Assembly: GCA_902601765.1 (NCBI GenBank)
Contig: CACKOO010000001.1
Location: 91,839 to 155,838 of the forward strand
DNA length: 64,000 bases
Direction: 5' to 3'
DNA from: Hydrogenophilales bacterium
GTDB taxonomy: Bacteria > Pseudomonadota > Gammaproteobacteria > Burkholderiales > Eutrophovitaceae
The notes beneath the pieces are model-generated. The model did no database searches. It saw only the letters and a program-made list of their open reading frames with translations, and was not told where the DNA came from. Shown piece by piece: positions 19,900 through 30,122 of this stretch. The position numbers and the translations under genes are program-made. Position 1 is the stretch's first letter. Each line of letters begins with the position of its first letter.

Positions 19900-20769
19900 A
19901 TGGAGCACAATAACGTATTTTTCGCTCCAGCCAAGCTCAATTTGTTTTTACATATTATTGGTAAGCGCCGCGATGGTTATCATTTAATTCAGACGGTTTT
20001 TAGAATGATTAATCTTTACGATGAAATATCAATTTCCATAAGGACAGATGGCCGAATACAAAGAGGCCAAAGCCCTAGTTTAATTAGTCCCGAAACAGAT
20101 CTAGTTGTTAGGGCTGCGGAGCTACTGAAACAAGAAAGCGGTTGCTCATTAGGAGCAGATATTGAGCTAAAAAAAATAATTCCAATCGGAGCTGGATTGG
20201 GCGGTGGCAGCTCAGATGCTGCGACTACATTGATGGCACTGAATTACCTTTGGGGGGTTAGGTTTTCGAAAAGCCGGTTGCTACAAATAGCACCGAAATT
20301 AGGGGCTGATGTGGCTTTTTTTATTTTTGGCCAATCGGCGTTTGGTGAAGGTATTGGAGAGAAGCTGTCACATATTTCGTTGAAGCCAAAATTTTATTTA
20401 TTAATCCACTCGGATTTGTCAGTTTCAACTGCTGAAATTTTCGGGGAAGTTGAATTGACACCTAAACGTAAAGCTATCACAATACAACGCTTTTTAGCGG
20501 GAGAGGCCACGTCAAATGATTTTGAGTCGCTCGTTTGCTCCAGGCACCTCGAGGTTAAGACACACTTGGCATTACTCCGGAAGTTTGGGGATGCGAAAAT
20601 AACAGGTACCGGAGGGACAGTTTTCTGTGAATTTGACTCGTTAGAAGAAGCAAAGGGAGCTCTCTTAAGACTACCCGATGGAATTTTGGGTTCAGTAGTG
20701 AGAGGTATTGATAAGCACCCGATGTTAGAGCAAAGATATTTTTCTGGGAATAAGGGAATAAGGGAATAA
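19900..20769 (+). CDS. ispE: 4-diphosphocytidyl-2-C-methyl-D-erythritol kinase
   Basis: APAKLNLFLHI and the GHMP motif PIGAGLGGGSSDAA. ATG 19900 follows GGGAGG. The 3' end runs into the octamer repeat. Confidence 0.93.
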   Translation: MEHNNVFFAPAKLNLFLHIIGKRRDGYHLIQTVFRMINLYDEISISIRTDGRIQRGQSPSLISPETDLVVRAAELLKQESGCSLGADIELKKIIPIGAGLGGGSSDAATTLMALNYLWGVRFSKSRLLQIAPKLGADVAFFIFGQSAFGEGIGEKLSHISLKPKFYLLIHSDLSVSTAEIFGEVELTPKRKAITIQRFLAGEATSNDFESLVCSRHLEVKTHLALLRKFGDAKITGTGGTVFCEFDSLEEAKGALLRLPDGILGSVVRGIDKHPMLEQRYFSGNKGIRE

Positions 20770-20781
20770 GGGAATAAGGGA
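20746..20781 (+). repeat. tandem octamer (GGGAATAA) x4.5
   Basis: gggaataa gggaataa gggaataa gggaataa ggga. It covers the last 8 codons of ispE and ends 3 nt before tRNA-Gln. Confidence 0.95.
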
Positions 20782-20784
20782 TTT

Positions 20785-20861
20785 TGGGGAGTCGCCAAGT
20801 CGGTTAAGGCAACGGATTTTGATTCCGTCATGCGTAGGTTCGAATCCTACCTCCCCAGCCA
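20785..20861 (+). tRNA. tRNA-Gln (anticodon UUG)
   Basis: Acceptor stem TGGGGAG/CTCCCCA, anticodon stem ACGGA/TCCGT with loop TTTTGAT, T-arm GTAGG-TTCGAAT-CCTAC, encoded GCCA end, then a T-run. Confidence 0.95.
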
Positions 20862-20955
20862 CGGTTTTTTTGATCTAAACTGATTCAAGGAGGCTGGAAG
20901 CATTTGGCAACCTATTTGTCTTTTGATATTGAAACAGGGCGCTTTGGGAATAGAC

Positions 20956-21906
20956 ATGACTTTTGAAAGTTTGACCGTTTTTACGGGAAATGCAAACCCC
21001 TCCTTGGCAGAAGAAGTTGTTAGGGATCTACACATACCACTTGGTCGATCAACAGTTGGTCGATTTAGTGATGGGGAGGTTATGGTGGAAATTTTGGAGA
21101 ATGTGAGAGGACAAGATACGTTCATACTCCAATCTACATGTACTCCCACCACCGAGAACTTGATGGAAGTAGTGTTGATGGCGGATGCGTTAAAAAGAGC
21201 GTCAGCTGGGAGGATTACAGCGGCAATTCCTTATTTTGGCTACGCACGGCAGGATAGAAGGCCGCAGTCTGCTCGAGTAGCGATAAGCGCCAAAGTGGTT
21301 GCCAATATGTTGCAAAGTGTAGGAGTAAATCGATTATTAACGATGGATTTACACACAGAGCAGATTCAAGGTTTTTTTGATATTCCAGTGGATAATGTTT
21401 ATTCGACCTCGATACTTCTGGGGGATATATGGAAAAGTAACCAAGACAAGGTCGTAGTAGTTTCTCCAGATGTTGGTGGGGTTGTGCGGGCCCGAGCTCT
21501 AGCAAAAAGGTTAGAATGTGACCTTGCTATAATTGACAAAAGAAGGCCAAAGCCAAATGTTGCAACGGTAATGAATATTATAGGTTCGGTGACGGGACGA
21601 ACCTGTATAATAATGGATGATATAGTTGATACTGCAAATACTCTTTGTCAGGGAGCCAGGGCGCTTAAGGATAGCGGAGCTGAAAAAGTTATAGCTTATT
21701 GTACTCATCCGGTTTTATCTGGGCAGGCAGTTTTGAGAATCGAAGAATCCTGCTTAGATGAGATGGTGGTCACAAATACGATTCCGTTGCGAGAGGACGC
21801 GAAAAAAAGCCCAAAGATTCGTCAGTTATCTATAGCTAGTTTGTTAGCAGAGACTATTCGAAGAATAAGCAATGAGATATCTGTAAGTTCATTGTTTATG
21901 GATTAA
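20956..21906 (+). CDS. prs: ribose-phosphate pyrophosphokinase
   Basis: 316 aa from ATG 20956 ([18 protein letters not shown]). Contains [11 protein letters not shown] and [10 protein letters not shown]. Confidence 0.95.
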   Translation: MTFESLTVFTGNANPSLAEEVVRDLHIPLGRSTVGRFSDGEVMVEILENVRGQDTFILQSTCTPTTENLMEVVLMADALKRASAGRITAAIPYFGYARQDRRPQSARVAISAKVVANMLQSVGVNRLLTMDLHTEQIQGFFDIPVDNVYSTSILLGDIWKSNQDKVVVVSPDVGGVVRARALAKRLECDLAIIDKRRPKPNVATVMNIIGSVTGRTCIIMDDIVDTANTLCQGARALKDSGAEKVIAYCTHPVLSGQAVLRIEESCLDEMVVTNTIPLREDAKKSPKIRQLSIASLLAETIRRISNEISVSSLFMD

Positions 21907-21962
21907 TTTTTTTTATAAATTTGGGTTTTGGTCGCGATTCCCAACAAGATTTGGAGATAGAA

Positions 21963-22634
21963 ATGGCAAATATTAAAATTAGCGCAGTATCAAGGGAAAT
22001 TCAAGGGAGGGGTGCGAGCCGCCGCCTGAGAAAAATCGGATTGATTCCTGGAATTCTATATGGCGGGGTCGAGCCCACCATACAGATTGAACTTGAACAC
22101 AAAATGCTTTTGATGCGACTGGGTAACGAGTCTTTTCAATCCTCAATAATTACTTTAGAGATGGAGGGAAAAGAAGAAGAGGTTTTGTTGAGAGACTACC
22201 AAATGCATCCGTGGAAAAAACAAGTGCTGCATGTGGATTTTCAAAGAGTGTCTGCCGATAAATTGATAAACATGAATGTTCCTTTGCATTTTATTAACGA
22301 AGAGTTGGCTCCCGGGGTAAAAATCGGCGGTGGAATTGTTAATCACGTGTTGACCGAATTAGCTATTCAATGCCTACCCAGTAAATTACCGAAGTACATA
22401 GAAGTTGATTTGTCTGGACTAGAGGTGGGCCAGTCTTTGCATCTTTCAGAGTTGACCCTTCCCGATGGGGTTGAAGCCGTGGTTACGCAAAAAAGTGAGG
22501 ATACAGCTGTTGCAAATGTACAAGTACCTCGAGCTATTGTAGAAGAAGTTGTTTCGGGGGACGAGGCTGAGGCGGTCGTTGATGGGCCAGAAGAAGATTC
22601 GGATTCGGAAAATACCAAGGAAGGGGATAGCTAA
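21963..22634 (+). CDS. rplY: 50S ribosomal protein L25 / general stress protein Ctc (long form)
   Basis: ATG 21963 after GGAG. Begins MANIKISAVSREIQGRGASRRLR and has an acidic C-terminal tail. Confidence 0.9.
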   Translation: MANIKISAVSREIQGRGASRRLRKIGLIPGILYGGVEPTIQIELEHKMLLMRLGNESFQSSIITLEMEGKEEEVLLRDYQMHPWKKQVLHVDFQRVSADKLINMNVPLHFINEELAPGVKIGGGIVNHVLTELAIQCLPSKLPKYIEVDLSGLEVGQSLHLSELTLPDGVEAVVTQKSEDTAVANVQVPRAIVEEVVSGDEAEAVVDGPEEDSDSENTKEGDS

Positions 22635-22688
22635 ATTTTGGCAACCCCGTTAATGTCTTTTTAAAGTTACATAATCAGGGAAAGAAAA

Positions 22689-23252
22689 ATGAAGCTGGTA
22701 GTTGGCCTAGGCAATCCAGAGATAAAATATAAAGATACTCGGCACAACTTAGGTTTCAAATGGATAGATAGTTTGACAAGACAATATGGAACGTCTCTAA
22801 TTCACAATAAAAAATTTTTTGGTCTTACAGGCAAATTATCAATAAACGAAACCGAAGATTTTTGGTTGTTAAAACCATTGACTTACATGAATAAAAGCGG
22901 GCAAGCAGTCGGATCGATAGTGAATTTTTTTGACTTAAATCGTGGTCAAGTTCTTGTGGTGCACGATGATTTAGACCTTCCTCCCGGAGTGGTCAAATTA
23001 AAAAAAGGCGGTGGAGCTGCGGGGCACAATGGAATCAAAGACATAATAAGCCAGCTTGGTGGTAATGATTTTTGGCGTATCCGTTTAGGGATTGGGCGCC
23101 CCGAGTTCAAGGAAGATGTTGTGCATTATGTACTTAATAAACCTACGTACCAAGATAAGGTTCTGATAGGTGAAGCTATAAAAAAAAGTGTCACTACTCT
23201 TCCTAAAATTATACTAGGGGATTTTGAAGATGCCAAAGGGGAGCTTAATTAG
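22689..23252 (+). CDS. pth: peptidyl-tRNA hydrolase
   Basis: VGLGNPEIKYKDTRHNLGF and GHNGIKDI. Confidence 0.95.
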   Translation: MKLVVGLGNPEIKYKDTRHNLGFKWIDSLTRQYGTSLIHNKKFFGLTGKLSINETEDFWLLKPLTYMNKSGQAVGSIVNFFDLNRGQVLVVHDDLDLPPGVVKLKKGGGAAGHNGIKDIISQLGGNDFWRIRLGIGRPEFKEDVVHYVLNKPTYQDKVLIGEAIKKSVTTLPKIILGDFEDAKGELN

Positions 23253-23255
23253 ATT

Positions 23256-24350
23256 GTGTCTCTAAAATGTGGAATTGTTGGCTTACCGAATGTTGGGAAA
23301 TCTACATTATTCAATGCCCTCACCAAGGCAGGTATACAAGCAGAAAACTATCCATTTTGCACTATTGACCCAAATGTGGGGATAGTAACCGTGCCTGACG
23401 AAAGAGTGTCTGCGTTAGCGGCTATTGTTAACCCGAAGAAAACCATCCCAGCTGCGGTTGAGTTTGTAGACATAGCTGGGTTAGTGGCTGGTGCCTCCAA
23501 AGGGGAGGGTCTAGGAAATCAGTTTCTCGCGAATATAAGAGAGACTGATGCTATATCGCATGTAATTCGATGTTTTGACGATGATGATATTGTTCATGTC
23601 GATGGATTTGTTGATCCAATATCAGATATCGAGATTATCGATATGGAGATGGCTTTAGCAGACTTGGCGGCTGTTGAGAAACAACTTGTTAGGGTTACGA
23701 AATTGCTTAAATCAGGCAAAAACGAGACGGCAACATCTTTATTAGAAGTTTTGATTAAAATTGAGGGATTTTTGAAACAAGGGACTGCGGTTAGAAACAT
23801 TGATCTTTCGGAAGATGAAGTTCTAATGTTGAAACCGCTTTTTTTGTTAACCATGAAGCCGATTATGTACGTTGCTAATGTGGGAGAGGACGGTTTTACT
23901 AATAATTCTTATCTAGATAAAGTTAAGATTCGTGCTAAGCGACAAAATATCCCGGTGGTAGTAGTTTGTGCGTCGCTGGAATTTGAAATATCTGATTTGG
24001 AATTAGAAGAACAAAAGTTATTCCTGGAAGATTCAAATTTGCAAGAGCCTGGATTAAACAGATTCATTCGGGTTGCTTATCAGCTGCTTGGATTACAGAC
24101 ATTTTTTACGGCTGGTCCCACGGAGGTGCGAGCTTGGACTATATATATCGGGGAAACCGCATCGGAGGCAGCGGGGGTAATCCACACTGATTTTGAGAAA
24201 GGTTTTATCCGGGCGGAAGTCATATCATATTCCGACTATTTGGATAGTGGCGGCGAGCAAGGGGCAAAAGATTTGGGAAAAATGCGATTGGAAGGAAAAA
24301 ACTATTTAGTACAAGATGGGGATATTATGTACTTTAGGTTCAACTTATAA
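23256..24350 (+). CDS. ychF: redox-regulated ATPase YchF
   Basis: GIVGLPNVGKSTLFNAL and a TGS-like C-terminus. GTG start. Confidence 0.95.
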   Translation: MSLKCGIVGLPNVGKSTLFNALTKAGIQAENYPFCTIDPNVGIVTVPDERVSALAAIVNPKKTIPAAVEFVDIAGLVAGASKGEGLGNQFLANIRETDAISHVIRCFDDDDIVHVDGFVDPISDIEIIDMEMALADLAAVEKQLVRVTKLLKSGKNETATSLLEVLIKIEGFLKQGTAVRNIDLSEDEVLMLKPLFLLTMKPIMYVANVGEDGFTNNSYLDKVKIRAKRQNIPVVVVCASLEFEISDLELEEQKLFLEDSNLQEPGLNRFIRVAYQLLGLQTFFTAGPTEVRAWTIYIGETASEAAGVIHTDFEKGFIRAEVISYSDYLDSGGEQGAKDLGKMRLEGKNYLVQDGDIMYFRFNL

Positions 24351-24428
24351 GGGCTGGATAAGCGCTTGTTACAGACAATTAAATTTTTTATTTTCTTATT
24401 ATAAACTTTAAATTAAAAAACAAATAAT

Positions 24429-25160
24429 ATGGCTGGTCATAGTAAGTGGGCAAACATTAAGCATCGCAAAGCGGCAACAGATGCTAAACGAGGTAAAATT
24501 TTTACCCGCTTGATCAAAGAATTGGCAGTGGCTGCGAGGCTCGGTGGCTCTGACAGAACGGCTAACCCTCGGCTAAGACTCGCGATTGATAAAGCTTTTG
24601 ATAATAATATGCCAAAAGATACTGTTGAGCGTGCGATTAAGCGAGGCAGCGGGGAAGTAGATGGTGCAGTTTACGAGGAGGTTCGTTATGAAGGTTATGG
24701 GGTTTCTGGCGCTGCCGTAATGGTTGATTGTCTTACTGACAATCGTGCTCGGACAGTCGCAGATGTGCGTCATGCTTTTACAAAATACGGCGGTAATCTA
24801 GGAACCGATGGTTCCGTGGCGTTTCTTTTTAAACACTGTGGCCAATTATTGTTAGCGCCTGGAACCGATGAGGAGCAAGTAATGGATATCGTGGTGGAGT
24901 TAGGTGCGGAGGATATTACAGTATTAAAAGATGGCTCGGTAGAGGTGTTGACCAAACCCTACGATTTTCAGGTTATTAAAAATGAATTATTGAAACTGGG
25001 GGTTGAGATTGGCTTTGGCGATGTTATTCATAAGCCCAACACAGAGAATATATTTTTGGGGGATGAAGCAGAAAAAATGCAAAAATTATTAGATGCGCTA
25101 GAAAGTTTGGATGATGTACAGGAGGTTTATACAACAGCATTAATTAATTCGGGAGACTAG
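24429..25160 (+). CDS. yebC: YebC/PmpR family transcriptional regulator
   Basis: [26 protein letters not shown]. Confidence 0.93.
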   Translation: MAGHSKWANIKHRKAATDAKRGKIFTRLIKELAVAARLGGSDRTANPRLRLAIDKAFDNNMPKDTVERAIKRGSGEVDGAVYEEVRYEGYGVSGAAVMVDCLTDNRARTVADVRHAFTKYGGNLGTDGSVAFLFKHCGQLLLAPGTDEEQVMDIVVELGAEDITVLKDGSVEVLTKPYDFQVIKNELLKLGVEIGFGDVIHKPNTENIFLGDEAEKMQKLLDALESLDDVQEVYTTALINSGD

Positions 25161-25217
25161 CGTAAAGTCAAAAAACAAGTGGTGGTTTGAAAAATGTCTC
25201 TAAACAAAGGATGAAAA

Positions 25218-25736
25218 TTGCGTATCCTCGGAATTGACCCTGGTCTGCGAGTTACTGGCTTCGGTGTAATCGATTTGAAAAATCATAAATTGGAATACGT
25301 AACTAGTGGTTGTATCAGATCAGGAACAGGGGAACTTAGTCAGCGGTTAAGGATTATTTTTGAAGGGATGTCTGATATTGTTAAGAATCATCGGCTTGAT
25401 CATATGGTCATTGAAAAAGTTTTTCTTAATAAAAACCCTCAAACCAGCTTGTTGCTCGGTCAGGCTCGTGGTGCTGCAATTTGTGCGGTCGTTTCTCGCA
25501 ATATACCCGTGACGGAATATACTGCTCTCCAAGTAAAGAAAGCGGTGGTAGGATACGGTCATGCTCAAAAAAAACAAGTGCAATTAATGGTTAAAAGGCT
25601 CCTTACTCTCTCTCAAGAACCACCATCTGACGCGGCAGACGCATTAGCTTGTGCCATATGTCATGCGACGATACGTAATATGGGTGACGTCTTCGATGGA
25701 ACTAGCTATCGGGTTAAGAAAGGTCGATTAATATGA
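25218..25736 (+). CDS. ruvC: Holliday junction resolvase RuvC
   Basis: ILGIDPGLRVTGFGVI. TTG start. ATGA overlap with ruvA. Confidence 0.93.
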   Translation: MRILGIDPGLRVTGFGVIDLKNHKLEYVTSGCIRSGTGELSQRLRIIFEGMSDIVKNHRLDHMVIEKVFLNKNPQTSLLLGQARGAAICAVVSRNIPVTEYTALQVKKAVVGYGHAQKKQVQLMVKRLLTLSQEPPSDAADALACAICHATIRNMGDVFDGTSYRVKKGRLI

Positions 25737-26314
25737 TTGGCCAGTTGCACGGTACTTTAGTTTACAAAAAGCCACCAATGGTTGCGATTAAGGTTGGCGG
25801 GATCACCTACGAGCTAGACATATCCATGAATACTATTTATCAACTTCCATCGATTGGATCTAAAATCACTCTTTTTACTCATTTTTTGGTACGCGAGGAT
25901 GCGCACTTACTTTATGGATTTTTCTCTGATTCTGAAAGAGAAATGTTCAGATTATTATTGAAAATTAACGGGGTTGGGGCAAGAACGGCGCTTGCCGTTT
26001 TAAGTGGTATGTCGGCGGATGACTTAGCTAAGGTTGTATCTGAAGGCGATACGCATAGACTTGTTATGGTTCCAGGGATCGGGAAAAAAACAGCAGAAAG
26101 AATGCTACTAGAGCTAAAAGATAGAAGTTTACCGTTATCGATAAGTGAGAACAGTGAGAGTGCCAAATCTATTCAAGATGATGTTTTGGCTGCACTATTG
26201 TCCTTAGGCTATGGCGAAAAAGAAATCATCAAAGTTATCAAACGCATTAATTTAGACCAATCATTACCAGCGGCAATAAAGGAAGCTTTGCAGTTTTTTA
26301 CGGGAGCCGTTTAG
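25733..26314 (+). CDS. ruvA: Holliday junction DNA helicase RuvA
   Basis: MIGQLHGTL... and the HhH motifs INGVGARTALAVLS and VPGIGKKTAERM. Confidence 0.93.
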   Translation: MIGQLHGTLVYKKPPMVAIKVGGITYELDISMNTIYQLPSIGSKITLFTHFLVREDAHLLYGFFSDSEREMFRLLLKINGVGARTALAVLSGMSADDLAKVVSEGDTHRLVMVPGIGKKTAERMLLELKDRSLPLSISENSESAKSIQDDVLAALLSLGYGEKEIIKVIKRINLDQSLPAAIKEALQFFTGAV

Positions 26315-26366
26315 AACAAGGAAATCAAGTGCTATTTACTGAATTTTTTGGTATATCTTCAAAACA

Positions 26367-26394
26367 GTGACCTTTTGCAACACCGAGCTATAAT
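26367..26394 (+). promoter_or_regulatory. promoter-like element inside the ruvA-ruvB spacer
   Basis: GTGACC, 16 nt, then a perfect TATAAT (26389-26394). Followed by AAGGAGG (26403-26409) and a weak GCAT-tgg-ATGC hairpin with T7 (26448-26465). Confidence 0.3.
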
Positions 26395-26644
26395 GTTTTG
26401 ATAAGGAGGTTGTTAACTAACAAGGGTGCGATAAATCAGATAAGCCTGCATTGGATGCTTTTTTTAATGCATGCGGTGTTTATTCGTAGATATCATATCG
26501 TAGAGTTATAGCAAAAATATGGACAATACTGTCAATAGCACGGGGATAAGATTCTATGTAAAACCTAAGGTAATAACTATTTAATATGTAAATAACGCAA
26601 GAAACTAAGTTTGTACAATACTTTTAACGATTGGTAGTAGGAAT

Positions 26645-27682
26645 ATGATCGAGATCGACCGCATTACTGATGCGACAATAACTGCCCCTAAAGAGGATAT
26701 CTTTGAGCGAACATTAAGACCTCAAGATTTAAGTGAATACGTAGGACAGGAAAAAATTAGAGAGCAATTATCAATTTTTGTAAAAGCTGCAATCGCGCGT
26801 GAGGAAGCATTAGATCATGTTTTATTGTTCGGACCACCGGGTCTGGGCAAGACCACTTTAGCTCATATTATTGCTAGGGAGATGGGTGTTGGGCTCCGGC
26901 ATACGTCTGGGCCGGTTTTAGAAAAACCCGGGGATTTGGCCGCTTTGTTGACAAATCTGGAGCCAAACGATGTTTTATTCATCGACGAGATACATCGATT
27001 ATCCTCAGTTGTCGAGGAAATTCTATATCCAGCACTTGAGGATTATCAAATTGATATAATGATCGGAGAGGGTGCTGCGGCGCGGTCAGTTAAAATCGAT
27101 CTACAGCCATTTACTCTGATAGGGGCTACGACAAGGGCTGGGATGCTTACGAATCCCCTCAGAGATCGTTTTGGTATTGTGTCAAGACTAGAATTTTATT
27201 CTGCTAATGAGTTGCAGCGAATTGTGCTCAGGTCAGCTGAGCTATTGAGTGTAGAGATGAGCACGGAAGGGGCACAAGAAATTGCGAGCCGCTCAAGAGG
27301 TACTCCCCGGATTGCTAATCGGCTGCTTAGACGAGTTAGAGACTATGCTCAGGTCAAAGAAAGAGGTAAGGTTGATAAAAAAATCGCCGATGACGCACTT
27401 TTAATGCTGGAAGTTGATTCTTTAGGTTTGGATTTAATGGATAGAAAATTATTGTCAGCCATCATAAAGAAATTTGGAGGTGGACCGGTTGGGTTAGATA
27501 CACTTGCGGCAGCAATAGGCGAGACTCGTGACACGATAGAGGATGTTTTAGAACCATTCCTGATCCAGCAGGGTTACTTACAGAGAACATCACGCGGCCG
27601 AATTGCAACGGAAAATGCTTACCAGCACTTTGGACTATCATCATCGGAAGGCGGTGAGATCGGTGAACTTTGGCAAAAATAA
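26645..27682 (+). CDS. ruvB: Holliday junction DNA helicase RuvB
   Basis: Walker [12 protein letters not shown], Walker B LFIDEIHR, 345 aa. Confidence 0.96.
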   Translation: MIEIDRITDATITAPKEDIFERTLRPQDLSEYVGQEKIREQLSIFVKAAIAREEALDHVLLFGPPGLGKTTLAHIIAREMGVGLRHTSGPVLEKPGDLAALLTNLEPNDVLFIDEIHRLSSVVEEILYPALEDYQIDIMIGEGAAARSVKIDLQPFTLIGATTRAGMLTNPLRDRFGIVSRLEFYSANELQRIVLRSAELLSVEMSTEGAQEIASRSRGTPRIANRLLRRVRDYAQVKERGKVDKKIADDALLMLEVDSLGLDLMDRKLLSAIIKKFGGGPVGLDTLAAAIGETRDTIEDVLEPFLIQQGYLQRTSRGRIATENAYQHFGLSSSEGGEIGELWQK

Positions 27683-27685
27683 ATA

Positions 27686-28099
27686 ATGAATCAGAGGGAT
27701 ACTTTCGTTAGAGTCTATTTTCAGGATACTGATGCTGGGGGAGTCGTGTTTCACGGCTCATATTTGCATTTCTTTGAGCGCGGAAGGACCGAGTGGCTGC
27801 GCGATTTAGGTATCACGCAATCTAAATTAAAAGATTCACATGAAATGCTAATCGTGGTCCGTAAAATCAAATTGCGTTATATAAAACCAGCTCGCCTTGA
27901 TGATCTTTTATATGTTCGAACTTCGTTATCTAAATTGGGAAGGGCCCAGATGACATTGGTGCAAGAGGTATTTAGGAGTAAAACCCTGCTAGTAATCAGT
28001 AATATAAATTTAGGATTCGTATCAGCCCGTGACATTTCTCCGATGATTATGCCTGATGTTATTAGGGAGAATTTTGCTAAACTGGATGGCTTTCGTTAA
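27686..28099 (+). CDS. ybgC: tol-pal associated acyl-CoA thioesterase YbgC (4HBT fold)
   Basis: VRVYFQDTDAGGVVFHGSYLHFFERGRTEWL. Lies immediately upstream of tolQ. Confidence 0.85.
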   Translation: MNQRDTFVRVYFQDTDAGGVVFHGSYLHFFERGRTEWLRDLGITQSKLKDSHEMLIVVRKIKLRYIKPARLDDLLYVRTSLSKLGRAQMTLVQEVFRSKTLLVISNINLGFVSARDISPMIMPDVIRENFAKLDGFR

Positions 28100-28122
28100 A
28101 GCTTAAAGAGGAAATAAAACTT

Positions 28123-28794
28123 ATGACAGTAACCCACGATATGTCTCTTTTAGCATTACTTACTAATGCTAGTATTTTAGTACAAGGAGTAATGGCTCTA
28201 TTATTGGTTATGTCTATTGTTTCTTGGTGGTTTATGTTTCGGAAAATGTTTTCTTTACGAGTGTTTAAAGAGCAAACTGCAGAATTTGAAAGGTTTTTAA
28301 ATACGTCTGATGGCGCCATGATTATTCAGCGACTGAATAAAGATAACTCCGAATCCGGTAGCCTCGAAAATATTGTCAAGGCAGGATTTAGTGAATGGAG
28401 GAGTCAAAAAGCAAAGACGGAAAGTCCTGAAATTCTGGAGGGTATTCAAAGAACAATGAGGTCCCAATACCAAATAGATATGGATGACCTCGAAGTACAC
28501 TTATCTTTTTTGGCTACTGTTGGTTCTGTGAGTCCATATATAGGCTTGTTTGGAACGGTTTGGGGCATTATGAACTCTTTCAGAGGTCTAGCTATGGCTG
28601 GACAGGCTACGTTAACGCAAGTGGCCCCAGGAATCGCTGAAGCGTTAGTCGCAACGGCAATGGGGCTTTTAGCTGCGATTCCGGCTGTTATGGCATACAA
28701 CTTCTATACGAGAGAAATAGAGAAGTTATCATTAAGGTGCGAGCGTGCCATTGATCAGTTCACCAATATTCTGCAACGAACATTGATTTATTAA
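28123..28794 (+). CDS. tolQ: Tol-Pal system protein TolQ
   Basis: MotA/TolQ/ExbB family with 3 TM helices. Contains GLFGTVWGIMNSF and APGIAEALVATAMGL. Confidence 0.93.
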   Translation: MTVTHDMSLLALLTNASILVQGVMALLLVMSIVSWWFMFRKMFSLRVFKEQTAEFERFLNTSDGAMIIQRLNKDNSESGSLENIVKAGFSEWRSQKAKTESPEILEGIQRTMRSQYQIDMDDLEVHLSFLATVGSVSPYIGLFGTVWGIMNSFRGLAMAGQATLTQVAPGIAEALVATAMGLLAAIPAVMAYNFYTREIEKLSLRCERAIDQFTNILQRTLIY

Positions 28795-28803
28795 TTGGAC
28801 TTT

Positions 28804-29232
28804 ATGAAAACAGGAATTAATACGCGAAAACAACGGCGACTAATGAACGATATTAATGTTGTGCCGTATATCGATGTGATGCTTGTTCTGCTGGTCATTT
28901 TTATGATTACCGCTCCTTTAATGAATCCTGGGGTCATTGATTTGCCTTCTATTACCAGTAGCAGTCTTCCGCCAATTCGACCAATTGAACTAACCATAAA
29001 AAAAAATGGAATGTTGTCAATTGTGGACCGGAATGTATCGAAAGCCGGAAGAACAGTGATCAGGGATGAGTTAATTAAGTATTTAAAGCAGAAACAAAAT
29101 AATAATCCAGTACAGGCAGTCGTTATATCTGCTGACCAAAATGTTCGATATGGAAAAGTTTTAGAGGTAATGGATCTACTGCAGCAAAATCAGGTGCAAC
29201 GGGTAGGTTTATTGGTTGTTCCCAAAGAATAA
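28804..29232 (+). CDS. tolR: Tol-Pal system protein TolR
   Basis: ExbD/TolR family with INVVPYIDVMLVLLVIFM. ATG 28804; the ORF track uses TTG 28795. Confidence 0.9.
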   Translation: MKTGINTRKQRRLMNDINVVPYIDVMLVLLVIFMITAPLMNPGVIDLPSITSSSLPPIRPIELTIKKNGMLSIVDRNVSKAGRTVIRDELIKYLKQKQNNNPVQAVVISADQNVRYGKVLEVMDLLQQNQVQRVGLLVVPKE

Positions 29233-30116
29233 TGCATTTCCTAGCTGATCGAAGGTACTACGCGGGGTTTTTATCGGTTTTAATTCATTTGGTATTTTTT
29301 GGATGTTTATTTTTTGGATTAAAATGGCAAAAAAATCCAGTTGGTCCGGTCTATGTTGAGCTTTGGCAGGAATTACCAGAGGTTTCATTAGAAAAAGAGC
29401 CTAAACCTGAAATTAAAGTGCCACCGAAACCCGAACCTAAACCTAAACCTGAAATTCAAGTGCCACCGAAACCCGAACCTAAACCTAAACCTAAACCTAA
29501 ACCTAAACCTAAACCCCAAGCACCACCACCGCCAGCACCTAGGCCAAATAAAGCGATAATAGAACTGAAAGAAAAGAAACGTAAGCTTTTGGAGAATAGA
29601 AAACGGTTGAAGCGCGAAAAGGAACTTAAGGAGAATGCATACAGAGCTAGAGTCCTAGAGGAGAAGGCACTATTAAAAAAAGAACAAGAAGACCGTAACC
29701 GTTTAGACGAACTTCAAAGGGTTAAAGAGCTAGAGGCTGTACGAAAAAGTAGAGATTTAGAGGCTGATTTAGCCCGTGAAAAAAAACGAATAGCTCAAAA
29801 GAGAACAGTTCAAACAAAGGTAGAGCTGGATTTAGTTGAAAAGTACAAAGCACTAATCGCTGAAAGGGTCAAGGAAAATCTTGTGCTCCCGCCCTCCATA
29901 AAAGGGAATCCAGAGGTGATTTACCGTATTATGCTAAGTAACGAAGGAAACCTTATTTCTGAGCCTATTGTAATTGAAACGAGTGGGGCATATCTTTATG
30001 ATGAGGCGGTTGACAAAGCCATCAGGAAATCTGATCCTTTACCGGTACCAAAGGATAAAAATATCTATTTACAATATTTTCGTGAATTTAAGTTGCGATT
30101 TAGGCCAAAAGAGTAA
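29232..30116 (+). CDS. tolA: Tol-Pal system protein TolA
   Basis: TM anchor, a Pro/Lys/Glu-rich then K/E/R-rich helical domain II, and a small C-terminal domain. TAATG junction with tolR. Confidence 0.8.
   Translation: MHFLADRRYYAGFLSVLIHLVFFGCLFFGLKWQKNPVGPVYVELWQELPEVSLEKEPKPEIKVPPKPEPKPKPEIQVPPKPEPKPKPKPKPKPKPQAPPPPAPRPNKAIIELKEKKRKLLENRKRLKREKELKENAYRARVLEEKALLKKEQEDRNRLDELQRVKELEAVRKSRDLEADLAREKKRIAQKRTVQTKVELDLVEKYKALIAERVKENLVLPPSIKGNPEVIYRIMLSNEGNLISEPIVIETSGAYLYDEAVDKAIRKSDPLPVPKDKNIYLQYFREFKLRFRPKE
29409..29515 (+). repeat. 42-bp tandem duplication followed by a (CCTAAA)6 hexanucleotide run inside tolA
   Basis: 29409-29450 and 29451-29492 differ at 1 base (EIKVPPKPEPKPKP / EIQVPPKPEPKPKP). 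The CCTAAA units at 29478-29513 encode (PK)n. Confidence 0.9.
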
Positions 30117-30122
30117 TTTGTT

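Noticed and set aside
26520-26560. A possible LexA/SOS box (CTGT-N8-ACAG) upstream of ruvB.
   Set aside because: The only CTGT (ctgtcaatagcacgg) is followed after 8 nt by CGGG, not ACAG.
29400-29520. A repeat array that could be mistaken for a CRISPR or other intergenic repeat locus.
   Set aside because: It lies in frame inside tolA and encodes the usual Pro/Lys-rich TolA domain II. There are no spacers.
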